Origin: an uncultured virus (IMG/VR IMGVR_UViG_3300033074_000747)
Lineage: Duplodnaviria; Heunggongvirae; Uroviricota; Caudoviricetes
Length of the DNA: 64,000 nt
IMG/VR virus record: IMGVR_UViG_3300033074_000747
Direction: 5' to 3' (one strand)
Below, one piece after another: positions 19,080 through 28,342 of the stretch. The notes beneath the pieces are model-generated. The model saw nothing but the letters and a program-made list of their open reading frames with translations. It had not been told where the DNA came from and ran no database searches. The number at the start of each line of letters is the position of its first letter. The first letter of the stretch is position 1. The position numbers were made by a program, and so were the translations under genes.

Positions 19080-19363
19080 GTCAAATACTCCCCCTTGTCG
19101 TTTGGCCGGAATGTGACTCGAACGCTCCTCCACCGCCTGCGCCGCTTGACCAGGATGACCGCTGCGGCCGCCTCGTTGTCCCTGCGGATCTGCTCCTCCT
19201 CGTCCAGGTACAGCGGGGTCGGCACGATGACTTCGGCCCGCGGAGACGGCCCGTCGAGGACCGAGACCCCGCCACCTCCTCCCTGGGAAGGAGAGGGGAC
19301 GTCGGACAGGTCCCAGCTGTTCCCCCAGGATGACCCCCAACTATCGCCCCAGCTGCTTGGCAT
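19076..19363 (-). CDS. Hypothetical protein with SWG repeats
   Basis: SSWGDSWGSSWGNSW N-terminus; coupled on both sides. Confidence 0.5.
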   Translation of the reverse strand: MPSSWGDSWGSSWGNSWDLSDVPSPSQGGGGGVSVLDGPSPRAEVIVPTPLYLDEEEQIRRDNEAAAAVILVKRRRRWRSVRVTFRPNDKGEYLT

Positions 19364-20880
19364 CAGGCTGGCCCCCAAGGATCTTCGCTCGTACCCGTGC
19401 CGTCCACCTCGACCCCGTTGACGTACTTCACGTCAGCCTTCATCATCCCGTCGGCGGTGAGCGCTGCCGGTATCCGGCTCGCCAGGCTTGACAGGCTGGA
19501 TGCGGAGGCCGCTGACTTGGCCGCGTCGTAGGCCGCGTCCAGGGTCAGGCCTGTAGTGGTATTCGGCCCCTGCTCCAGAGCGTTCGCCGTGAAGCGTGAC
19601 ACCCCACCGTCATTCTCGACAAGTTCATTGAGTAGAGCATCTGCCGCCCCCGGCTTGCTTGCAGGATCGTAGGTTGTCGCTAAGAGGTGATCCAGGTGGT
19701 ACGTCTCGATGGCCGCGTCCGCCTCGGCGTTCACGTCGGCCTTGGCCTGGGTCCCCAGCGATCCGATGGACCCGGACAGGTCACCAGTGATGTTGCCAGT
19801 GATCGCTACCGTCCAGGACGTGATGTTCGCTAGTCCGTTGGCTGGTAGCTGGATGTTGGTCCCAGCCGTGAGGGTGCGCGTGGCGTTGCCCCAGACCGCC
19901 GTCGCGATGGCGGCGAGGGTAGCAGTCGCGTCCCCTTCGTTGATCAGGAACTCCTCCACCTTGGCAGCAATAGCGGCCAGGAGCGCGGTGGCGTCCCCTT
20001 CATCGAGTATTACTGCTTCCGTCGCCGCCGCTATTGCCGCCAGAGCAGTTGCATTGGGCGCGTCCACCAGATCCATCTCGTCGCCTGCTTGCGCCGCATT
20101 ATCCGTACCGCGCATGTCTGTATTCGTCGTGGTCGTGTCTACTAGGACTACCCCCTGCACCTTGTGAGCTGCCGGGTCATACCCCGCATCTGCAAAGTCT
20201 TTCCAGTCGGTAACGCTCTGCCCGTCCCCCAGAATCTCCTTCACGTCCACGTGCGCCATACCATCCGATTCGATGGTGAGAGTTCTCCCCGCCGTCGTCG
20301 GCTGGAGCCAGTTCTGGACGGACCTCCCCTCCGGCTGGTAGATCGTGTAGGTGTCGCTGCTGTCCGGTTGGGCTGTGTTCCACGCAGGCGAGACCTTTCC
20401 CACCTTGGTACTGCCCACGTAGTCGTTGATGATGCGCGCCTCCGTCGTCCCATCGATCACCGCCACGCACAGGCATCCACTGTAGAAGTCATCGACAGAA
20501 CTGTCGCCGCTGGCTAGTTGGATGTCCCCGGTGTCGTTGCTCCCCTGGCACGTCCCTGAGGAGAGAACGGGCAGCTTACGCGGATACAGCGTGAGGATCG
20601 TGGTCTTGGCTCCGGTGCTCTGGATGCGTACAGTTACAATGTCGGCCGTCGTCTCTGCGGCTGTGAGAATGAGGTAGACCACCCCGGAGGAAGTCGCGAT
20701 CTCCACAGCCTCGTTGGTACAGTCCGTGAATGTATCGCCATTGAGAGATACCTCTGAGTCAGGGGAGGACGGACTTACAGGATCGCCATCCGCATCCAGG
20801 AGCGGGGCCACTACAGTGTAGCTGACCCCATAGACGGGATAGGGGAGCGCATTGTTTCTGAACGCTGTCACTTCTGCCAT
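19363..20880 (-). CDS. Virion structural / fibre-like protein
   Basis: 505 aa, rich in Ala/Thr/Asp; internal EGDATA-LAAIA repeats; C-terminal GTGTSEDPWGP. Confidence 0.5.
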   Translation of the reverse strand: MAEVTAFRNNALPYPVYGVSYTVVAPLLDADGDPVSPSSPDSEVSLNGDTFTDCTNEAVEIATSSGVVYLILTAAETTADIVTVRIQSTGAKTTILTLYPRKLPVLSSGTCQGSNDTGDIQLASGDSSVDDFYSGCLCVAVIDGTTEARIINDYVGSTKVGKVSPAWNTAQPDSSDTYTIYQPEGRSVQNWLQPTTAGRTLTIESDGMAHVDVKEILGDGQSVTDWKDFADAGYDPAAHKVQGVVLVDTTTTNTDMRGTDNAAQAGDEMDLVDAPNATALAAIAAATEAVILDEGDATALLAAIAAKVEEFLINEGDATATLAAIATAVWGNATRTLTAGTNIQLPANGLANITSWTVAITGNITGDLSGSIGSLGTQAKADVNAEADAAIETYHLDHLLATTYDPASKPGAADALLNELVENDGGVSRFTANALEQGPNTTTGLTLDAAYDAAKSAASASSLSSLASRIPAALTADGMMKADVKYVNGVEVDGTGTSEDPWGPA

Positions 20881-22059
20881 CTACCACCCTCGCATTCCAA
20901 TAGCTCTTCCGAATGGTCCTGTATTGTGCCTCACCCCGCCCATGCGCTTCATAGCCGGGTGTCCCACCGCAGGGGCCGCAGGTATGTAATCCACCATGAG
21001 ACCGAGCGAGGACAGGCCTGTCACTCCTGTGAGATTCTCCTTAACCCCTATCTCCAGGTTCTGAACTTCCGACAGTGTCCAGGCAACACCCGTGTCGGGG
21101 CTGACGCTCTGGAAGAACCCTTTAGCGAGAGTGTAGCTACCGCCGGACAGGTTTGCCACCTCGTAGTCAGCCCCGCCTATGCGGAAGAAAAATCGAACCC
21201 CCGCAGACCCTGATATAGCCGCAGTCGCGCCGATTGGGCAAACTGCATTGATCGTACCGGACAGAGCGGAACCGTCGACCGTGAAAGACTCCTTGTCTCC
21301 CACCGATCCTGTAGATGCAAGGTACGTCGTTGCTCCGTCCGTGGGCCAGTCATCCACTTGCTCGTAGTGACTACCTGTTCCAGCCCCGATGGAGAATGTG
21401 GAATAAGTTCCGTCTGCATTAGGTAGGAGGAGTACCGACTGTCCGGCTCCGATCCAATCGTCGTCCCTGGTACAGATGTCGTCAAAGAAATACTCGATGG
21501 ACTGGCTTGAGCGATTGATACTCTTGCCAAATACTGCGTATCGGTGCTGGTTGGTAGAGAGGTTCCCAGTACCGGATATCTCAGACACCCCGTCTACCTT
21601 CACCTCCCATGCCGCCGTGGTCCCGGTCCCGCACATGACCTCGATCAAGTACCAGGTGCCAGCATCCAGCACAGAGGCCCCGGTGTCCAATAATGCGTTG
21701 GCAGAGTTGTACGCCAGGATGTTCCCTGAGCTATTGATGCGGAGCGCGAGCTTGTGAGAAGATGTCGCGACGACCGCAAAGGCAAAGAATATCTCGCTGT
21801 TAGCAGCTGGTTTCGTGGCGTACCGGAAATAGAATCTTGAGTAGAGAGTATCTACCAGTATCGCATTGTTCGTGTTACCGAACGCGCTCCCGGATTTACC
21901 GTAAGCTGCATAGGTAGCCCCCGTAGTGGACGGGGAAAGAGTCTGGAGGCTCCTTGACCCCGTCCTAGCAACAGAGGAGGATATGGCAGCATTGCTGGAC
22001 GCGGAATACAGACCGCTGCTGCCATGCTCATGCGAATCAAAGTGGTAGACCGTCATCAA
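20881..22059 (-). CDS. Beta-sandwich (LamG/lectin-like) virion surface protein
   Basis: GTWYLIEV...EVKVDG...YFFDDI concanavalin-like pattern, then a second beta domain. Confidence 0.5.
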   Translation of the reverse strand: MMTVYHFDSHEHGSSGLYSASSNAAISSSVARTGSRSLQTLSPSTTGATYAAYGKSGSAFGNTNNAILVDTLYSRFYFRYATKPAANSEIFFAFAVVATSSHKLALRINSSGNILAYNSANALLDTGASVLDAGTWYLIEVMCGTGTTAAWEVKVDGVSEISGTGNLSTNQHRYAVFGKSINRSSQSIEYFFDDICTRDDDWIGAGQSVLLLPNADGTYSTFSIGAGTGSHYEQVDDWPTDGATTYLASTGSVGDKESFTVDGSALSGTINAVCPIGATAAISGSAGVRFFFRIGGADYEVANLSGGSYTLAKGFFQSVSPDTGVAWTLSEVQNLEIGVKENLTGVTGLSSLGLMVDYIPAAPAVGHPAMKRMGGVRHNTGPFGRAIGMRGW

Positions 22060-22616
22060 TTAATGAGCGTATCGCCCACTCCCACATCGACAAGAAGATC
22101 AGCATTGCCGGGGCCGAGTGGATCATAGAACGTGTCAGCACCAGCCCCGCCGGATACTGTATCCCGCTCACCATCATCCGTTGTGGTGCTGAGATCCGGA
22201 ATCAAAACATCATCACCAGCACCGCTGGTGAGGTAGTCACGACCAGCACCGCCCCAAAGGGTATCGTTGCCTGATCCACCGACCAGAGTATCGTTCCCGT
22301 CGCTGCCGGTCAGCAGATCGTTCCCATTCCCTCCAGTGAGCCGGTCATTGCCGTCCTCTCCGTAGAGTTCAGCATCCAGACTCCCGACGTGCTGGACCAC
22401 GTCGTTGCCGTCACCAGCAAATACCTGAACGATGCCAGTCACGTTGAATGATCCGTAATTCACTCCGTTGATGCGCACTGTTGCGGCAGCCGGGTTGGTC
22501 GTGGTGACTGTAATGAAGTCATTCGTGGCGTCACCGATCACCACGAGGTTTCCCCCGCCGTCCAGTCCAGCCGATGCTGGTGTAATGCGCATCTCAAGTT
22601 CTTCACATCGTAGCAT
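22056..22616 (-). CDS. RTX (hemolysin-type Ca-binding) repeat protein with a planctomycete-type N-terminal motif
   Basis: Multiple GGxGxDxL nonapeptides; N-terminal LRCEELEMRITPA. Confidence 0.75.
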   Translation of the reverse strand: MLRCEELEMRITPASAGLDGGGNLVVIGDATNDFITVTTTNPAAATVRINGVNYGSFNVTGIVQVFAGDGNDVVQHVGSLDAELYGEDGNDRLTGGNGNDLLTGSDGNDTLVGGSGNDTLWGGAGRDYLTSGAGDDVLIPDLSTTTDDGERDTVSGGAGADTFYDPLGPGNADLLVDVGVGDTLIN

Positions 22617-22643
22617 GGTAGTCCTCCCAAAGTTAGAGTGTTT

Positions 22644-23483
22644 TCAATCGGGCGAGATCTTCGCCCGCTTTATTCTACCCTTGGGGTCATGCTCGAACTC
22701 GACCGTCTCAGATCCCTCCTCCGGCACGTTGAAGTTCACGTTGATCGGTGGCTGCGGAGGGATCGTCACCTGAGCCGGAGCCACGTCGATCCTGGGGTTG
22801 AAGTGGACCACCGGGGCCTCCTGCCGAGGCACGTTGACTATCGGGGCCGGAGACGGCGGCACCTTCAGCTCATTGACGATGCTCACCGGGGTCTCTGGCA
22901 CGATGATGTTCGGACTGTTATGGACGGTCACCGGAGGGTTGTTCACGGTCACGTTCGGAGCAGGGTTGGGCGGCACGTTCACGGTGATGTTCTGCGGGCT
23001 GTCCGACTCCTGGTAGTTGACCGTGACGTTGATCACTGGTGCCACCTTCTCCCGTGAGGGTAGGGTAGCCTGGACTGTCGGTTGGTTGGCCGGGGCCGGA
23101 GGATCGGCGGTGACCTGGACCGTCGGATTGGCGTTGGCGGCGGTGACCTTGCCCTTCTTGAGAGCCTCTTTCTCATCCTTCTGGGGGTTTGGGTCCTGAA
23201 GGCTGCCGTCCTTCTTCAGTGCCGGCGGCTTCACGGCCGTGCCCACCTGCTTGCCGGACTTGGCCACTCGGTCAGACCACTCCTCCTTCTCCCGCATCTC
23301 CTGCTCCCAGTACTCCTCCTCGGGGGTCAGCTTCTTGTTCGCCAGCTGTGATTCCGCTGCCTTTCCCATGTCGGTCGCTCCCTTCTTCTTGATGTTCGCC
23401 TCGATGTCCTCGATGCGGTCCGGTGTCCTCTTGGCCCAGTCCGCGTTCTTCAGGTCACTGTCCGGGTATATCTTCTTCGCCAT
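22644..23483 (-). CDS. Head-region protein with V-N-V-P-rich repeats
   Basis: ITVNVPP, VTVNNPP and IVNVP repeats; C-terminal VEFEHDPKGRI. Confidence 0.5.
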   Translation of the reverse strand: MAKKIYPDSDLKNADWAKRTPDRIEDIEANIKKKGATDMGKAAESQLANKKLTPEEEYWEQEMREKEEWSDRVAKSGKQVGTAVKPPALKKDGSLQDPNPQKDEKEALKKGKVTAANANPTVQVTADPPAPANQPTVQATLPSREKVAPVINVTVNYQESDSPQNITVNVPPNPAPNVTVNNPPVTVHNSPNIIVPETPVSIVNELKVPPSPAPIVNVPRQEAPVVHFNPRIDVAPAQVTIPPQPPINVNFNVPEEGSETVEFEHDPKGRIKRAKISPD

Positions 23484-24430
23484 TACGTCGGACCTCCCTC
23501 GTATGCGTAGGCTCCGGCCTTGCTGACGCCACGAGCCATGACCACTACCTCGCCCTCGCTCAGGCAGCCGAACCCGGTGCGCGGCGTGCTGAGGATGTCG
23601 CCGACCCGTACGTCGGCCCTCACCATCATACCGTACTTCTCCCCGCCCGAGAACCCTGCCGCCGTGGGCCGGTGGAAGGAGAAGGAGCTGATCGGTTGCA
23701 GCTCCACGCTCACCGACTCGAACAGGTCCTCCCGCTCGGTGAAGCGGGCCTCGGCCGTATGCTTGCTCATCCCCTCGATCGCCTTCTCGTCGTTGAAGGC
23801 CATGCCCCGGTACAGGGTGATCTTGTCGTCGGGGCCGAACCCCATGCTCTTGAAGTCCTCCTGGGTCGCCTCGTACATCTGCCGGAGGATCGCCTGGTTG
23901 ATCTCCATCATGGCGTCCGCCGTGTCCATCACCCCTTTGTCCTCGTTCTCATCCAGGGTGTCCTTGAAGTGCTGCGGGTAGTCCCGGTCCGCCATGAACT
24001 CCTGGGAGGCGGCGATCTGGACCGCCAGGGCGTCTGGGTTGTGGTCGCCCGAGGTGTCGGCCCACTGGTCGACCGCACTCTTGACGTACGCCTTGGCCTC
24101 CTGCGGGCTGCCGAACCCCTCGTGCTCCATCAGCCGCCGGGTCAGGTCCTCGGTCAGACCTATCTTGTTCGCAGCCCTGGACGCATCGCTCACGTCGAAG
24201 GGGTCGTCGCCGGCCCCGGTCCCCTGCAGCATGTAGGTCTTCAGGATCGAGTTGCGGCCCATCGCAAGAGCCGACCCGCCCTTGTCTCCTGGAGAGCAGG
24301 AGTTATCGCTACCTCCGCCCTCGCCCGTGGGACAGAAGGCGTTGGCAATGGTAGTCCATCCCAGATCGCTCGGAACGTCGACCCAGCGGACCTTCCTCGG
24401 CCTGTCAGCCGTTAGATCAGACCAGCTCAT
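23483..24430 (-). CDS. ADP-ribosyltransferase-like protein (R-S-E class) with an NAFCP tag
   Basis: ITLYRG, PISSFS and SEGEVVV motifs; likely start MSWSDL at 24430. Confidence 0.6.
   Translation of the reverse strand: MSWSDLTADRPRKVRWVDVPSDLGWTTIANAFCPTGEGGGSDNSCSPGDKGGSALAMGRNSILKTYMLQGTGAGDDPFDVSDASRAANKIGLTEDLTRRLMEHEGFGSPQEAKAYVKSAVDQWADTSGDHNPDALAVQIAASQEFMADRDYPQHFKDTLDENEDKGVMDTADAMMEINQAILRQMYEATQEDFKSMGFGPDDKITLYRGMAFNDEKAIEGMSKHTAEARFTEREDLFESVSVELQPISSFSFHRPTAAGFSGGEKYGMMVRADVRVGDILSTPRTGFGCLSEGEVVVMARGVSKAGAYAYEGGPT
24293..24343 (-). repeat. Peptide-coding repeat NAFCPTGEGGGSDNSCS
   Basis: Read directly; near the N-terminus of the stand-alone ART ORF. Confidence 0.95.
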
Positions 24431-24431
24431 C

Positions 24432-25742
24432 TCAGGTGTTGCCTCCCCAGATGCGGCCGCCCATCGTGGCTCCACGGACGATATGCGGTGGTATCCCCTC
24501 TCGCTCCTTCACAGTCTTCGTGGCGAACCGGGCCAGCGCTCGACGGTCGATGCTCAATGCCTCGCTCGGTATCCCGTCCAGCAGCTTGGGAGGGCTGCCG
24601 TTCTGGACGAAGGTGAATCGAGCGTTGGGGTTGTCACGGTTCCGCTCGTAGAAGGACTGGTGGTTGCGAGCCCCGATGGCGTAGGAGTCCGCGAACACCT
24701 GCGCGTCGACCATGCGGCCATCCCTCGGGTCCTGCGCCCTCTTCACCACCCCCCGCTCGGGGTGAGCCCACTGGTTCTCCGGATCGGCGTGGACGTAGAC
24801 GTAGTTCACCTTGAGGCCCCGCCTCTCGGCCTCCTGCTGTATCCAGGGGTTCTCCGTGGCGTTCTGGTCCCCTGCTGAATCCCAGATCACGGCACTGCGG
24901 TCGGCGATGGCAGCGGCCTGGGGGACGTTCGGGTTGCCGTCTGCGTCCTTGCTGTTGATGGCGTAGCCCTTGCCCGCTCCGCATCCTCCGACCGTGACCA
25001 TGATCTCCTCGCCTGGCTTCATCGTGTCGAGGTGCTGGACGAAGGCCCTCTTGCAGACCGCGTTGGCCGTCTGGTGGAGCGCCAGGTTCAGGGTCGCCCG
25101 GTTCTGGCTCCGCTCCTCCTGGCTCAGCTCGTCGGACTTCCAGGCCCGGTGCAGGTCCTTGGCGTCATCGGTTCCGAACGTCGGCGGTTTACCCTTGGCG
25201 GCAGCGGCGGCCACTACCATACTGCGGAAGTCGGAGGCCAGCCCGTCTGGATTCTTCTCGAACGCCTCGATGAACTCGCCCTCCACCGCCCTCTCGTGCT
25301 CGGTCAGGTTGGGCAGCCGATTCATGCCGGGTGGAGGCGGAACCTCCTTGGCGGGTACGCCCACGCGCGAGTACTCGGTCACCCCGTCCCCGTCGATGTC
25401 GGCCTCCACGTCAGGAACGTAGGCGTTGCCCGGCGGAGGTGCTGTCTTCGCCTCCTTGGAGATCGCCCCACCCCCGCCGCTACATCGGCCCCGCTCGTCC
25501 CTCTCGCATCGTGCGAAGTAGGACTCATTGACCGCCAGCTCGCCTGCGACCTCCGGCAGCGTCATCATGTGGTTGGCCAGCTTCAGAACGGATTCCAGGT
25601 CATCGTGCTCGGTCCCGTCCAGGTGGTTTGCCGCCACCACGGTGAGACCGGCTAGCAAGTCCAGTCGTTCCTTGTCGTCCTCATAGGGCGTGAACTCACG
25701 TACCAGCCGCTCCTGCGCTTCAGGCGTCTTTAGATTGATCAT
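24432..25742 (-). CDS. Zeta-toxin-family P-loop kinase
   Basis: VTVGGCGAGKG Walker A, VIWDS, VNYVYVHADP and RAQ...GRMV as in zeta/PezT-type kinases. Confidence 0.65.
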   Translation of the reverse strand: MINLKTPEAQERLVREFTPYEDDKERLDLLAGLTVVAANHLDGTEHDDLESVLKLANHMMTLPEVAGELAVNESYFARCERDERGRCSGGGGAISKEAKTAPPPGNAYVPDVEADIDGDGVTEYSRVGVPAKEVPPPPGMNRLPNLTEHERAVEGEFIEAFEKNPDGLASDFRSMVVAAAAAKGKPPTFGTDDAKDLHRAWKSDELSQEERSQNRATLNLALHQTANAVCKRAFVQHLDTMKPGEEIMVTVGGCGAGKGYAINSKDADGNPNVPQAAAIADRSAVIWDSAGDQNATENPWIQQEAERRGLKVNYVYVHADPENQWAHPERGVVKRAQDPRDGRMVDAQVFADSYAIGARNHQSFYERNRDNPNARFTFVQNGSPPKLLDGIPSEALSIDRRALARFATKTVKEREGIPPHIVRGATMGGRIWGGNT

Positions 25743-28342
25743 GCCAGTGTCTCCAGGTCTAGTCCCCTTAGATGTCCCTCGTCTATATCAATCCACCCCT
25801 CCTCGATCAGCTCCCCCTCGTCTGGGTCGATCGAATCTGTGTTGCTTGTCGCCTCGTTCCCCAGGAGGAACTTCAGCATCTTACGACCGCCGCCCCCACG
25901 GAGAAAGGAGGCCCCCCGTCCCATCATCTCCGCCGTGCCGCTGGCCACCTCTCCGATGGCGATGACCCCCACGGTGGAAGCCGGTCCAGGGAGTATCGTG
26001 CTATCCAGGGCGGCGGTCACCGTGCCCACGATGTTGCCCACAGTCTTCGAGGCCCCGAAGTTCTTCTGGACAGACTTACTCACCACTTGTTGCTGGAGTA
26101 CTGCCCCCTGCCACGCCGTCTTGGCAACCTCGGGGATTATGTCGGCCACCTTGCCCACTGTCTTATCCGCCAGCTCGCCGATCAGGTCGGGGTGACGTTC
26201 CAGCGCCCCGGTCGCCTCCTTCAGTCTCTGGGAGATGGCGTCCTGGCTCTTGCCCGTGGCATCGGCGAGGTCGTCCACCCGCTCCATCAGGGACTTGGCC
26301 GATCCTCCTCCGCCCTTACCTTCCCCTGGACAGGGGCCGGGAATGCCGGAGCCAGGCCCACCGCAGTTCTCCAGGTCAACCCACTGATTTGCCACCTCCA
26401 CGTCATACCAGTAGAGGTCAACCGTAGCCTGCGAAGGTTCCGTATTGGAGGTGGGCCTGTCATCCTCTTCCTCCTCGGGTTCTTCGTCCGTCCCCTCTTC
26501 ATCCTCATCTTCCTCATCCGTCGGCCCCTCCTGGGAGGAATCCTTACCGGCGGGCTGTGGTGCTACGGGCGGTTGAGGTTTGGGCTGGGCCGGGGGTCCA
26601 GTGGGGGCAGGTCCGCTCGGGGGTGCACCTGTTGGTGGTCCCGGAGGTATGCCAGCTGCTGCTTGCGCCACCTGGGCTTCCTCGGCCTCGGCTGCCTTCT
26701 CTTCCGCTAGCTCGGCGGCAGCCTCCAGGATGACACGGGCCTCCTCCTCGTCATATCCCAGCTCGCGGGTGAAAAGGTCCATCGGCGCCATCAGCGCTTC
26801 CAGTCCACCCTGGACGTAGCTGCTCAGTGCCCCCAGTCGCTTCGTGGCGATGTCGGCCTTCTCCGCATCGGTCACGCTCGCCAGGTCCGGCCACTCGACG
26901 CTGAAGCCACCCTTCCTCTCGCCGACCACCTTGCCCTTGGCGTTGACGATCAGCAGTCGTCGGTTGAGGGTTATCAGCCTGCGACCGCCCGACAGATCCT
27001 CCAGCACGACGGGGGTGCTGAGATCATGTCGCTTGGTGTAAATGGACTGGGTGTTCGAGGTGACCTTCTTTCCATCCTTGGCACGGGCCGGAGCCGGGAG
27101 TACCCCTAGCCAGATCAGCCGGTTGACGAAGGGGGCCACGATCCGAGGGGTGGCGTAGATGTTCTGCCGACCTCGAACCCGCCCGCTCCAGGATATCGCG
27201 TCCTGGGAGGAGGCAAGCTCGCCCCGCTCCGATCCCTTGAAGATGCGGACAGGGACGTTCAGCTTGATGCAGATGACGTTGATCTGGGACTCGACCTGCG
27301 GCGAGGGGTCGATCACCGAGGGGCTGAGCAGCTGGGGCGTGAACCCCGGTGCCGCCATCACCCGGTCCAGCCCCGAGTAGAACTCCTCCATGCGGGCCTT
27401 GAAGCTCTCCTCGTCGATGTCGATGTCACCGCCCAGCTGCGGGTCGGTGCCCAGGAACAACTGGGAGAAGCAGGTCTTCCAGTATCCCTCCGGCCCGGCG
27501 CAGTGCATCTTCTGGATGCCGAGGACGTTGTTGAGCACCGGTCGGAGTCGAGGGACCGCGTAGACCTCCGAGGGGGACGCCTGGTGGAAGGTGTCGGCCA
27601 GGTGGACGATCCGAGTCCAGTGGACGTTGCGGGTGGTGATCGGCGGGCCGACGCCGCTCATCCGGTTGGGATCGTGGAAGGTCAGGGAGTACATGTCGGG
27701 CTTGCCGAACCGGCGGCTGGTCGGGTTGGTGTCATGGGAGACGACCTGGGACAGGTACTCCGGGAAGCAGCGGATGTAGGTCAGCTTGCGCTTGCCCTCT
27801 TTATAGGTCGTCGGCTTCACCGGAACCGAGAGATCGGCCCCGTCGTCGGAGAACCCTAGCAGCATCACGCCGTAGCTGCCTATGCCGCTCATCTCATCGG
27901 CCCGGCGCATATACTCCCACACCAGGCTGCCGGCCTCGTCCTGATACCAGGATTCCTCCTCCTCGGTGAGGTCCTGACCCAGGGAATCCCAGGCGGCCTC
28001 GAAGTCGGTCACCTCGTCTGCATCCTCGCTCTCGTAGACAGTCGGCTGCACCTGCCAGGTCTCATGGGGGAAATACTCCACGACTCTCGCAGCGACGGCC
28101 TCCCGGTCGTACAGCTCCTGGTACTTCTGGGGGGTGAGGTCGCCCGTGTCCGGGTAGTGGCACTCCTTGTAGATGTCCCGGAACTCGTCCATGAGCTCGC
28201 GGGCCAAGCGAGTGCGCGAGTAGATATGATTGATGATCATCGAGGACCAAGACCTGCGCATCCGGCTCTCGGCCGGGGTCGCCCCGGTCTCACTGGTTCC
28301 GTTCGCATGCGGAGTGGTGGACCCGTTCGTGTTTTCAGGCAT
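25739..28342 (-). CDS. Portal protein (DUF1073-like) with a long C-terminal extension
   Basis: YDREAVAARVV, RFGKPDMY, VHWTRIVHL and VPVRIFKGSERGELASSQD; Pro-rich and acidic linker, then an extra domain. Start may extend to 28387. Confidence 0.8.
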   Translation of the reverse strand: MPENTNGSTTPHANGTSETGATPAESRMRRSWSSMIINHIYSRTRLARELMDEFRDIYKECHYPDTGDLTPQKYQELYDREAVAARVVEYFPHETWQVQPTVYESEDADEVTDFEAAWDSLGQDLTEEEESWYQDEAGSLVWEYMRRADEMSGIGSYGVMLLGFSDDGADLSVPVKPTTYKEGKRKLTYIRCFPEYLSQVVSHDTNPTSRRFGKPDMYSLTFHDPNRMSGVGPPITTRNVHWTRIVHLADTFHQASPSEVYAVPRLRPVLNNVLGIQKMHCAGPEGYWKTCFSQLFLGTDPQLGGDIDIDEESFKARMEEFYSGLDRVMAAPGFTPQLLSPSVIDPSPQVESQINVICIKLNVPVRIFKGSERGELASSQDAISWSGRVRGRQNIYATPRIVAPFVNRLIWLGVLPAPARAKDGKKVTSNTQSIYTKRHDLSTPVVLEDLSGGRRLITLNRRLLIVNAKGKVVGERKGGFSVEWPDLASVTDAEKADIATKRLGALSSYVQGGLEALMAPMDLFTRELGYDEEEARVILEAAAELAEEKAAEAEEAQVAQAAAGIPPGPPTGAPPSGPAPTGPPAQPKPQPPVAPQPAGKDSSQEGPTDEEDEDEEGTDEEPEEEEDDRPTSNTEPSQATVDLYWYDVEVANQWVDLENCGGPGSGIPGPCPGEGKGGGGSAKSLMERVDDLADATGKSQDAISQRLKEATGALERHPDLIGELADKTVGKVADIIPEVAKTAWQGAVLQQQVVSKSVQKNFGASKTVGNIVGTVTAALDSTILPGPASTVGVIAIGEVASGTAEMMGRGASFLRGGGGRKMLKFLLGNEATSNTDSIDPDEGELIEEGWIDIDEGHLRGLDLETLA

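Noticed and set aside
13865..24343. NAFCP repeats as a CRISPR array or DGR template/variable repeats
   Set aside because: Spacing is hundreds to thousands of nt, conservation is at the amino-acid level with synonymous changes, and no cas or reverse transcriptase gene is present.
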